Notes: generated from the sequence alone by a model not told the origin. Positions 6,854 to 13,536 are shown, numbered from the stretch's first letter. The stretch: DNA of 20,000 bases from an uncultured virus (IMG/VR IMGVR_UViG_3300042350_002513) (IMGVR_UViG_3300042350_002513); one strand, 5' to 3'. Program-made: numbers and translations.

Positions 6854-7057
6854 ATGAATCCAAACTATAGACAACTCGCTGAACGTGAAAAACATTTAAT
6901 CCCAAAAGAGTTCTGGGATATGATGGAATCACAAGCTTGGGAGCGTGGACATTCAAGTGGACAACAGGAAGTCGATTTACTACTGATGAATCTAGTGAAT
7001 GATTTTGTTGACGCTACTATCAAATACACTATAAGAACTGGTAAGACGCTTGTTTAA
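6854..7057 (+). CDS. hypothetical protein (AWERGHSSG motif), 67 aa
   Basis: tightly packed operon ORF. Confidence 0.7.
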   Translation: MNPNYRQLAEREKHLIPKEFWDMMESQAWERGHSSGQQEVDLLLMNLVNDFVDATIKYTIRTGKTLV

Positions 7058-7061
7058 TAAT

Positions 7062-7187
7062 ATGTCAATCGACGAAATTCTTTTTAATTACAACAAAGCA
7101 TACGATAAACTAGTTCATTGCGCCGAAAATGAATATGAAGTAGCAGAAAAGAAATTGCAATATTGGCGGCATTTATTTTTCAGATAA
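7062..7187 (+). CDS. small hypothetical protein (41 aa, not in ORF track)
   Basis: MSIDEILFNYNKAYDKLVHCAENEYEVAEKKLQYWRHLFFR fills the gap between neighbours. Confidence 0.55.
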   Translation: MSIDEILFNYNKAYDKLVHCAENEYEVAEKKLQYWRHLFFR

Positions 7188-7188
7188 T

Positions 7189-7383
7189 ATGAAAGCTCTC
7201 ACACTTCAACAGATACAAGCTAACTTAAAAGAATGGATGGGTGATAGTATAAAGCCCGATACCAGAAGCGGAAAACTTGCAGAGCGTACTTACATAAAGG
7301 CTCTTTTAGATACAGGCGCAACTGTTCCGCCGATTTGCATTATACTACTACAGAGTGGACGTAGTATTGTAAACTTCAAATAA
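7189..7383 (+). CDS. hypothetical protein (64 aa)
   Basis: last ORF before terminator. Confidence 0.65.
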   Translation: MKALTLQQIQANLKEWMGDSIKPDTRSGKLAERTYIKALLDTGATVPPICIILLQSGRSIVNFK

Positions 7384-7390
7384 ATAGTAA

Positions 7391-7410
7391 CCCCGCCCCG
7401 GCGGGGCTTT
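7391..7410 (+). terminator. intrinsic terminator abutting site #9
   Basis: CCCCGC-CCCG-GCGGGG-CTTT. Confidence 0.7.
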
Positions 7411-7411
7411 C

Positions 7412-7450
7412 ATAGTTTCCGAAATTGGCCTCCCCGAATCAAAAAACTAT
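7412..7450. repeat. 39-bp cassette-boundary dyad site #9
   Basis: ATAGTTTC CGAAATT GGCCTCCCC GAATCAA AAAACTAT. Confidence 0.9.
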
Positions 7451-7468
7451 CAAATCGAAAAAAAATCT

Positions 7469-7496
7469 TTGACACTCTCCAAGAATCTGATATTTT
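7469..7496 (+). promoter_or_regulatory. sigma70-type promoter, leaderless
   Basis: TTGACA-N16-TATTTT-N7-ATG. Confidence 0.65.
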
Positions 7497-7503
7497 CTCT
7501 CAC

Positions 7504-7896
7504 ATGAACAAAATCACTTTGTCTCTATTTGTCGTCGCCCTTGTAACCCTTGGGTTTTCCCGCCGCAACCACGGCACGAAGGAAGACTTGTTTCGCGCAA
7601 TGGCCCAAGTTGAATCTTCAGGCAATCCCAAGGCAATCAACGCCAAGGAAACTGCCCTTGGAATTTACCAAATCCGCCCCATGTATTTTCTTGACGCTGG
7701 AGTCAAGGGGGCGCATAGTCAGGTGTATGACCCTGCGGTCGCCCGTAAGGTCTGTGAGCGTTACTTTATGCGATATGAGCCTAAAGCTTTTGCCAATAAT
7801 GACATAGAGACTTTGGCTCGCTTGCATAATGGCGGTCCTAATTGGCGCAAAAAAGATACTGATAAATACTGGAATAAAATCAAAAAACACTTGTAA
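7504..7896 (+). CDS. lysozyme-like muramidase (i-type lysozyme/destabilase or SLT-like) with N-terminal signal/anchor
   Basis: hydrophobic N-terminus; QVESSG (catalytic Glu), GIYQI, ARLHNGGP...YWNKIK. Confidence 0.8.
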   Translation: MNKITLSLFVVALVTLGFSRRNHGTKEDLFRAMAQVESSGNPKAINAKETALGIYQIRPMYFLDAGVKGAHSQVYDPAVARKVCERYFMRYEPKAFANNDIETLARLHNGGPNWRKKDTDKYWNKIKKHL

Positions 7897-7900
7897 TAAT

Positions 7901-8002
7901 ATGAGCAACAAAACCTTTGATAGAATCATAAATACTGTAATTACATTACTCGTCATTGCTACTGTTGTTAGTGTTACTGTGGTTTACAATATTATCTTTT
8001 AA
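7901..8002 (+). CDS. 33-aa single-TM membrane peptide (not in ORF track)
   Basis: MSNKTFDRIINTVITLLVIATVVSVTVVYNIIF with 4-nt gaps to both neighbours. Confidence 0.55.
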   Translation: MSNKTFDRIINTVITLLVIATVVSVTVVYNIIF

Positions 8003-8006
8003 TAAT

Positions 8007-8288
8007 ATGGAACTCACTTTTCTTTCTGACCCCGGCCACGGTTGGCTTCGCGTTCCTCATAAATTGCTTGAAGACTGGAATATTGATATCTTAATATCAG
8101 AGTATAGTTATAGAACAAGAGACTTTGCTTACTTAGAGGAAGACTGTGATGCTTCTATCTTCATTGACGAAGCCAAGAAAAGGAATTACAAATATTCTAT
8201 TCACTATAAGTTGATTAAAGACTTCGATTACTATCTCAAAAGCGTTGGCAATTACTATAGATTCAACAATAACCTAAGAACAGCATGA
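8007..8288 (+). CDS. phage/plasmid-type hypothetical protein (DPGHGWL...YLEEDCD motif)
   Basis: start moved to ATG 8007; recognisable motif. Confidence 0.8.
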   Translation: MELTFLSDPGHGWLRVPHKLLEDWNIDILISEYSYRTRDFAYLEEDCDASIFIDEAKKRNYKYSIHYKLIKDFDYYLKSVGNYYRFNNNLRTA

Positions 8289-8473
8289 GTGCAGAATTAA
8301 AAATAACAATACAAGAAGTAGTAGAACTCCGTGTAGCACTAAATAACGCAGAACGCCGTATCAAAGAGCTAATGGCGTTAAAGCATGAAGACTGGCATAA
8401 ATTGTATCATTTAGATATTGATTCAATAGAAAAAGGGAAACAAGCCCTTAAAACTATTATACAAAGAGATTAA
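8285..8473 (+). CDS. hypothetical protein (62 aa)
   Basis: ATGA overlap with upstream ORF; ends before terminator. Confidence 0.7.
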   Translation: MSAELKITIQEVVELRVALNNAERRIKELMALKHEDWHKLYHLDIDSIEKGKQALKTIIQRD

Positions 8474-8478
8474 ATCAC

Positions 8479-8500
8479 AACCCCGCTTCGGCGGGGTTTT
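8479..8500 (+). terminator. intrinsic terminator abutting site #10
   Basis: AACCCCGC-TTCG-GCGGGGTTTT. Confidence 0.8.
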
Positions 8501-8501
8501 C

Positions 8502-8540
8502 ATAGTTTCTGGAATCGGGCACCCCGAAGGAAAAAACTAT
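8502..8540. repeat. 39-bp cassette-boundary dyad site #10
   Basis: ATAGTTTC TGGAATC GGGCACCCC GAAGGAA AAAACTAT. Confidence 0.92.
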
Positions 8541-8567
8541 CCCTTGCAAGAAAAGTGATCATTTCCA

Positions 8568-8596
8568 TTGACGCTTTCCCTTTCAAGGGCTACTGT
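8568..8596 (+). promoter_or_regulatory. sigma70-type promoter, near-leaderless
   Basis: TTGACG-N17-TACTGT-N8-ATG. Confidence 0.65.
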
Positions 8597-8604
8597 TGGG
8601 GCGT

Positions 8605-9480
8605 ATGAATAACACAGTTAAAAACGCTATCCGCCACCTCGTTTGCAAAGCCTATGACGCTTTCGCGCAAAACAAAATAGACATTAGTGTCATATCACTC
8701 CCCGGTTCTTCGTGGGAGTTTGAGAAATACGTTGTTAATCACAGAGACTATTCTAATACGTTTACTACAAACGGATATGGTCTTGAAATGTCACTGTTTG
8801 AATGTGACAGCAGTGAGTATCAGAGCAACTTGCGCCCAGTTGCTGCTATCTTTCCGCATAACAAGACTAGCGCATACATGCTTTCTTGTTCTAATATTAC
8901 TTATCGTAATGAATACATAAACGCTGATAGTGTTAATAAACTCAAATCCAAAAACATTTTCGCATGGTTTGATTTCTGCGGTAATCCTACTACACAAAAT
9001 CTTGATTTAATTAATACCGCTAAGGGCAAGACTGCTACTTTTGTTTTTACTTTCAATACGCACTGGCGTTCTGTCAGTAATCTTAGCCCTGAGATTCTTG
9101 AAGTTGCTAATCAATACAACAAAGGATATGCCATTCAATGCTACTTGCTGCGATTGGCTATTGATTTAGGTTTGTCACTGATTTGGTCTTTTGAGTATGT
9201 GTCAAATAATAATCCCATGATGACTATCTGTGTCAGTAATGACATTAATGTTATCACAAATCGTCCTTTGCAGGTTAAGGACTTCATCACTCACGAAAAG
9301 AAAGACAAAAAGATCAATCTTAATAAGACTAAATTGGTTCTCAATAAACGCGAATTGAGTGCCGTCTATGCGGATTTGAAAGAGCGTGTTAGTGATAGTG
9401 AAATCTGTAACAAACACAATATTAGTACAGGCACACTTGCGGCTTGTAAGGCTTGGATGACTATGTGGAAAGCTTGGTAA
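8605..9480 (+). CDS. hypothetical protein, possible SAM-methyltransferase-like fold with C-terminal HTH-like segment (291 aa)
   Basis: ORF is solid; fold guess from ISLPG / FECD / AWFDFCG pattern and SDSEICNKHNISTGTL. Confidence 0.6.
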   Translation: MNNTVKNAIRHLVCKAYDAFAQNKIDISVISLPGSSWEFEKYVVNHRDYSNTFTTNGYGLEMSLFECDSSEYQSNLRPVAAIFPHNKTSAYMLSCSNITYRNEYINADSVNKLKSKNIFAWFDFCGNPTTQNLDLINTAKGKTATFVFTFNTHWRSVSNLSPEILEVANQYNKGYAIQCYLLRLAIDLGLSLIWSFEYVSNNNPMMTICVSNDINVITNRPLQVKDFITHEKKDKKINLNKTKLVLNKRELSAVYADLKERVSDSEICNKHNISTGTLAACKAWMTMWKAW

Positions 9481-9495
9481 TACAATAGCATTATC

Positions 9496-9518
9496 ACCCC
9501 GCCTTCGGGCGGGGTTTT
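9496..9518 (+). terminator. intrinsic terminator abutting site #11
   Basis: CCCCGCC-TTCG-GGCGGGG-TTTT. Confidence 0.8.
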
Positions 9519-9557
9519 ATAGTTTCCAGATCCGGGCACCCCGAATCCAAAAACTAT
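9519..9557. repeat. 39-bp cassette-boundary dyad site #11
   Basis: ATAGTTTC CAGATCC GGGCACCCC GAATCCA AAAACTAT. Confidence 0.92.
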
Positions 9558-9560
9558 GCG

Positions 9561-9591
9561 AAAAACCCCCTAGTGTTAAACACTAGAGGGT
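9561..9591 (-). terminator. intrinsic terminator
   Basis: A5-CCCCCTAGTGT-taa-ACACTAGAGGG. Confidence 0.75.
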
Positions 9592-9613
9592 GCTTTATTT
9601 GTTATTTGTTGCT

Positions 9614-9808
9614 TTATTCTTTAATATTTTCTTTCTTATCAACAAGCCTATAGACTTTGAAACGAATATTATTAAGGTCTTTTCTAATACTCGCTAATTC
9701 GGCGCGAATCTTTTCGCGTCTGTTTAACAATAGCCTTGCAGACTTTTTCATCTGCTTAAGGTTATTGATTTTAGTTTGCAACTTAGTTATCTGCTTTTCT
9801 TGTGTCAT
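9614..9808 (-). CDS. basic coiled-coil hypothetical protein (64 aa)
   Basis: ORF between Gp88-like gene and terminator. Confidence 0.6.
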   Translation of the reverse strand: MTQEKQITKLQTKINNLKQMKKSARLLLNRREKIRAELASIRKDLNNIRFKVYRLVDKKENIKE

Positions 9809-9872
9809 TTTCTTTTATTGTTTTCTGTTATTATACCTATAACTAATACTATTACAAGTATTGCTATAATCA

Positions 9873-10505
9873 TTAGTGCAATTTGTAACTAACGTTTTTA
9901 ACTGATTTATCCCAACAGGCGCGGCAATTGAGACATTTATTATCTTGATTGGAGGCAGGACAATTGAATGTTTTATCTTTTGACACACCAGAAGTCGTTA
10001 ATCCTAATATCTTAGCAATACCAGTAGGCGCATTGCCGTTTATCATTAGGGAAGAAAGGCGAATAGTGAGATTGGAAGGAATATCACCAAATTGTTTCTT
10101 GTATTGAGTAACAAATGAATATTCCCTAGTGGGTAACCAGAATTTAATACTAGGAAGATTGATAGCAATCTGACAAATCTTTCTCAAATGCTCCACAGAT
10201 TGAATATCTCCACTATCATGCCACCGGAAATAGCCACTAGTTTCTTTTCCAGCAATAGCAATAGTCATAGCGTCAACCCACTCGGGTTTGTTAATAGAGT
10301 CAAATCGTTTTTGTAAAGCGTTTCTGACATTGGGCATGTTATAGAAACCTTTTAATGCATAACACTTAGAACAAACACTATTCTTAATAGACACTAATTT
10401 TCCGCCCGTTTTACAATACTTTGCCGGGATTGAATAGGAGCGGCACGGCATTTTTGAGGGCGCAGAGAGTCCACCAACGAGGTCAAGGGCAAGGTCAAGA
10501 TTCAT
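9873..10505 (-). CDS. phage Gp88-like protein (Cys-rich, radical-SAM-like)
   Basis: SKMP..SYSIPA..C...CSKCYA; FRWHDSGD; FWLPTRE; PSNLTIRLS; CLNCRACW; start 10505 or 10508. Confidence 0.8.
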   Translation of the reverse strand: MNLDLALDLVGGLSAPSKMPCRSYSIPAKYCKTGGKLVSIKNSVCSKCYALKGFYNMPNVRNALQKRFDSINKPEWVDAMTIAIAGKETSGYFRWHDSGDIQSVEHLRKICQIAINLPSIKFWLPTREYSFVTQYKKQFGDIPSNLTIRLSSLMINGNAPTGIAKILGLTTSGVSKDKTFNCPASNQDNKCLNCRACWDKSVKNVSYKLH

Positions 10506-10512
10506 CATGGAA

Positions 10513-10541
10513 AGGTTAACGCAAAGGGCAAACCAGCGCAA
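10513..10541 (-). promoter_or_regulatory. sigma70-type promoter, leaderless
   Basis: TTGCGC-N17-TAACCT-N7-ATG. Confidence 0.55.
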
Positions 10542-10561
10542 CACTTTTGTTGCGTTTTTCA

Positions 10562-10600
10562 ATAGTTTTTCGCGCCGGGGTGTCCAGTTTCAAAAACTAT
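10562..10600. repeat. 39-bp cassette-boundary dyad site #12 (core inverted)
   Basis: ATAGTTTT TCGCGCC GGGGTGTCC AGTTTCA AAAACTAT; core is the reverse complement of the site #2 core. Confidence 0.9.
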
Positions 10601-10614
10601 CAAAATGTAATAAT

Positions 10615-10638
10615 AAACCCCAATCTATCAAATCGGGG
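10615..10638 (-). terminator. probable terminator
   Basis: AAACCCCAAT...ATCGGGG imperfect hairpin. Confidence 0.5.
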
Positions 10639-10681
10639 CTTATTTGACTTATTTGCGGTTAATGTTTTTAATATTTGAAGC

Positions 10682-10945
10682 TTAATGAAAGAAAATTCTT
10701 GACTCGTCTTTGAATGTTTTCTCTTTGCCAGTTTCGTCCCATTCGATACCGTATGTCAAACCTTCTTCGACATGATGTTTATGTAAATAATTGAAACCCT
10801 TGTATTGCTTTGCTTCCATCAGCAGGTCCGTCACGAAGAACTGGAGAGTTCTGCGTTGAATGATCGCTTCGTTTTTGCTGGTGCAAAAGAAGTGATTGGC
10901 TTTCAGTTTGACTGATTCAAGGCTAACCGTTTTACGTTTTGTCAT
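10682..10945 (-). CDS. hypothetical protein (YKGFNYL motif), 87 aa
   Basis: ORF 7 nt after -10 TACTAT. Confidence 0.75.
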   Translation of the reverse strand: MTKRKTVSLESVKLKANHFFCTSKNEAIIQRRTLQFFVTDLLMEAKQYKGFNYLHKHHVEEGLTYGIEWDETGKEKTFKDESRIFFH

Positions 10946-10952
10946 CGGGGAA

Positions 10953-10980
10953 ATAGTAATTCATGGGCATGAGATTGCAA
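10953..10980 (-). promoter_or_regulatory. sigma70-type promoter, leaderless
   Basis: TTGCAA-N16-TACTAT-N7-ATG. Confidence 0.65.
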
Positions 10981-10989
10981 GGGTTTTTC

Positions 10990-11028
10990 ATAGTTTTTTT
11001 ATTCTGGCACCCCAGACCCGAAAACTAT
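10990..11028. repeat. 39-bp cassette-boundary dyad site #13
   Basis: ATAGTTTT TTTATTC TGGCACCCC AGACCCG AAAACTAT. Confidence 0.92.
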
Positions 11029-11039
11029 CGTGGGCAGCG

Positions 11040-11065
11040 AAAAGGGGCACCCCGTAGGATGCCCC
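11040..11065 (-). terminator. intrinsic terminator
   Basis: AAAA-GGGGCACCC-cgta-GGATGCCCC. Confidence 0.7.
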
Positions 11066-11092
11066 GTGCTGCTTCTATTTGGCGATCTGGCG

Positions 11093-11953
11093 TTAGTTGC
11101 TGGCGAGTTTCTTGAACTCGGCTTCGATCAGGCTGGCCTTGTTGAGGGCGACCAACGTGCCCCGGTTGATGCGTTGCGCCAGTTCGTATGAGGTAGGCTC
11201 GACCTGATGCGAGGTGAATTGGGTGACGGCGTTGTACAGGCTCCAGAGACTCCGGTTCTTGTCCTCGCGGTGCGAGGGGTCGTTCCAGATGATTTTGATT
11301 TTGTCCGTGTTGCGGTCAGCGATCACCTTGGCCTTGGTGAGCTTGTCGAGGATAGTGTGCCCCTGATCCTGCTTGATGGAGCGGTCAGCCAAGCGGCTAA
11401 ACACGCTGGTGCTTTCCTTGAAGCCCTCGACCGCGCCAGCCACAACGTCCACAAGGCGGGAAACGTCGAGCTTGTCGGAGTGCTTCTGGGTGAGGCTGAA
11501 CTCATCCTGAAGCGTCTTCAGGCCGTTGGTGCAAACAAGGCGAAGGATGCCCATCTCGAAAGAGACGCGACAGGTGCGGTCGAACGAGTTGTTGAGGATC
11601 AGGCGCAAGCCAAGCTCATCCCCAACCTTGGGCAGCTTCACCAGTTGGTTCTTGAAGTCATACTGGACGTAGACTCGCGCACCGTCGCGCATGGAGTACT
11701 CCTTGCGGGTGAACTCGCCCAACTTGTTGTCGGCGAAGGCGTTCTCGACGGTATCCATCAGGGAGCGGTTCTGAACGAGGGTGTAGCGTTCAGTGCAAAC
11801 CCCAAGCATCTGCTTGGTGTCGGTGCGGCGATTGCCGAGCCAACCAGTGGCTTCGCCGTCAGGGGTGAGAAGCGGGATAGTCTCGACCGTGTAGTCGAGC
11901 AAGCTATCGGCGCGAGTGGTGGCAGTGGCGGGGGTGACGTTGATCTCGGTCAT
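11093..11953 (-). CDS. DUF932/DUF945 family protein (286 aa)
   Basis: LGV.TERY.LVQN; LILNNSFD; RLVCTNG; SLWSLYNAVT; markedly GC-rich codons. Confidence 0.85.
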   Translation of the reverse strand: MTEINVTPATATTRADSLLDYTVETIPLLTPDGEATGWLGNRRTDTKQMLGVCTERYTLVQNRSLMDTVENAFADNKLGEFTRKEYSMRDGARVYVQYDFKNQLVKLPKVGDELGLRLILNNSFDRTCRVSFEMGILRLVCTNGLKTLQDEFSLTQKHSDKLDVSRLVDVVAGAVEGFKESTSVFSRLADRSIKQDQGHTILDKLTKAKVIADRNTDKIKIIWNDPSHREDKNRSLWSLYNAVTQFTSHQVEPTSYELAQRINRGTLVALNKASLIEAEFKKLASN

Positions 11954-11992
11954 AAGTGCAGTGTTGATGTTAAGTGTTAACTGACGGACCAG

Positions 11993-12021
11993 AGGTTAGA
12001 CGGCAATCAAATCAGCCGCAA
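11993..12021 (-). promoter_or_regulatory. sigma70-type promoter
   Basis: TTGCGG-N17-TAACCT. Confidence 0.5.
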
Positions 12022-12059
12022 GTCCTTTTCGCACTTTTTTTTCAGAATCTTTCGGACCC

Positions 12060-12098
12060 ATAGTTTCCTGTGCCGGGGTGCCCAAATCCAAAAACTAT
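12060..12098. repeat. 39-bp cassette-boundary dyad site #14 (core inverted, last copy)
   Basis: ATAGTTTC CTGTGCC GGGGTGCCC AAATCCA AAAACTAT. Confidence 0.92.
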
Positions 12099-12218
12099 CA
12101 TTATCAAAAAAATAATCCTTGACAAACTATCTCATCTACTATCTATCTCCTTATATATTTCAATCAATAACTGGTATTATTTGGCTTATTTGCTGGTAAT
12201 GTTTTTAATATTTGCAAT

Positions 12219-12245
12219 AAAAAAGCCCCCTTTATTTAGGAGGCT
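12219..12245 (-). terminator. terminator downstream of tRNA-Gln
   Basis: A6-GCCCCCT-ttattt-AGGAGGC. Confidence 0.65.
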
Positions 12246-12258
12246 GATCTTTATTATT

Positions 12259-12332
12259 TGGTTGGGGATGATGGAATCGAACCACCACAAAGAGCTTCAA
12301 AGGCTCCCGCACTACCATTATGCAAATCCCCA
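12259..12332 (-). tRNA. trnQ: tRNA-Gln(UUG)
   Basis: cloverleaf with TGGGGAT/ATCCCCA acceptor, GGAGC-CT TTG AA-GCTCT, TTCGATT T-loop, encoded CCA. Confidence 0.93.
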
Positions 12333-12338
12333 GTAAAA

Positions 12339-12371
12339 GAAAAACCCACTAGTATATTAAACCAGTGGGCT
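12339..12371 (-). terminator. hairpin/terminator after 12388-12603
   Basis: A5-CCCACTAGT...ACCAGTGGG. Confidence 0.55.
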
Positions 12372-12387
12372 GTTATTATTTTGATTA

Positions 12388-12603
12388 TTACGCCTTAACG
12401 TACTTAATCTTACCAGACTTAACAGATAGAATCTTACTGACAGGAACACGACGATCAGCATCAGCATTCACATCATAAAAAGAAACAGTCTTATTAGATG
12501 CAGATAGGATCTGAGCGCAGAACGTGGTGTTCTCCTTCTTAGAACCAACGACTAGGGTAGTGAAACGACCGGCAGTATTATTTAGTGTATCAGTTAATGA
12601 CAT
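12388..12603 (-). CDS. small hypothetical beta-rich protein (71 aa)
   Basis: ORF; FYDVNADADRRVPVSKI loosely recalls phage SH3/WYL_2-like barrels. Confidence 0.65.
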   Translation of the reverse strand: MSLTDTLNNTAGRFTTLVVGSKKENTTFCAQILSASNKTVSFYDVNADADRRVPVSKILSVKSGKIKYVKA

Positions 12604-12613
12604 ACACTACATA

Positions 12614-12754
12614 CTAGTCACCGGAGATCTTTTTATACAAAAAAAATAAAGAAATTCCAATCAATGCAAAACCTGCGGGAATCTTAATCATCATCAATCC
12701 AAATAAGAATAATAGCAAGATAAAAGAATAAGACTGCTCAGTTTCGATTTGCAT
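12614..12754 (-). CDS. small membrane protein (46 aa)
   Basis: start moved to ATG 12754; two hydrophobic segments. Confidence 0.5.
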   Translation of the reverse strand: MQIETEQSYSFILLLFLFGLMMIKIPAGFALIGISLFFLYKKISGD

Positions 12755-12907
12755 ATAAGAAAGAAAAAATAAGTAGAAGGCCCCGATTTTATGAGTTACG
12801 GCGCAGGTTTCAATGAGGTACGAATAACACAGCACAACACGACCTATTCTAGCAGACAATCTAGAATATACTCTTTACCTTTAATTTACTTCTACTTATT
12901 TAAAAAG

Positions 12908-13222
12908 TTAAACTGCGGCGAGCTTAGAAAGCTTGTAGAGAGTAATAGTCATGCACCAATTGTTTCGTTCAAAATGCTTCGCATCAATTTCAATAGTACC
13001 ATCTGGGCATGTAATAACAGCAGCGTTAAGGCTCTCATTTGACACCATCAATTCGCCCACATCTCCATTATCAATGTCACACTTCAGACCTTCACCAGTA
13101 AGATGTATTTGACCATAATACAACCTTTCATCAATTACGCCATAATCAATATCTACCGCATCAGCAGACATAATCTGATTAACAATGTCTTGTGCCTTCT
13201 TAGTCAGCTTAACTACTTTCAT
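12908..13222 (-). CDS. hypothetical protein (104 aa)
   Basis: ORF downstream of TTGACA-N17-TATGGT (13273-13301, minus). Confidence 0.7.
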   Translation of the reverse strand: MKVVKLTKKAQDIVNQIMSADAVDIDYGVIDERLYYGQIHLTGEGLKCDIDNGDVGELMVSNESLNAAVITCPDGTIEIDAKHFERNNWCMTITLYKLSKLAAV

Positions 13223-13348
13223 ATATTTATTTAATTACCACCGAATAGTTGAGCTATCTCCCAACTCTCCAAACCATACTTGACGAATTGCTCTATGTCA
13301 AGCTCCTCATACCGGAAATACGACAGGGAATATCCGTCCCCTTCTTTC

Positions 13349-13513
13349 TTAATGAGAATCATTGTGTGTGGCGGGTAGAGTTGCATTTGATTTCTTTTCG
13401 ATTTCAATTATTTCGCCGATTAGATCATAAAGTTTGTCACTAATATTCCACAAGTTTTTGGTGGCATGGCGATTAATGAACTCCTGTACAATGAATAACT
13501 GCTCTTTTTGCAT
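13349..13513 (-). CDS. small hypothetical protein (54 aa)
   Basis: start moved to ATG 13513; the longer ORF overlaps tRNA-Arg. Confidence 0.45.
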   Translation of the reverse strand: MQKEQLFIVQEFINRHATKNLWNISDKLYDLIGEIIEIEKKSNATLPATHNDSH

Positions 13514-13536
13514 ATTTACTAAGTGTTTGTTAAAGT

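Noticed and set aside
11045..11053. Extra GGGCACCCC core
   Set aside because: Lacks the ATAGTTT/AAACTAT arms and forms part of a terminator stem.
11207..11980. 257-aa + strand ORF
   Set aside because: Antisense shadow of the GC-rich DUF932 gene.
1898..12098. CRISPR array interpretation of the 39-bp repeats
   Set aside because: Intervals are 386-1105 bp and contain whole genes, the repeats are degenerate in the N7 arms, and no cas genes are present.
1898..12098. Classical integron attC array
   Set aside because: No RYYYAAC/GTTRRRY ends, arms do not form a well-paired bottom-strand hairpin, cassettes have their own promoters and both orientations, and no intI is in the window.
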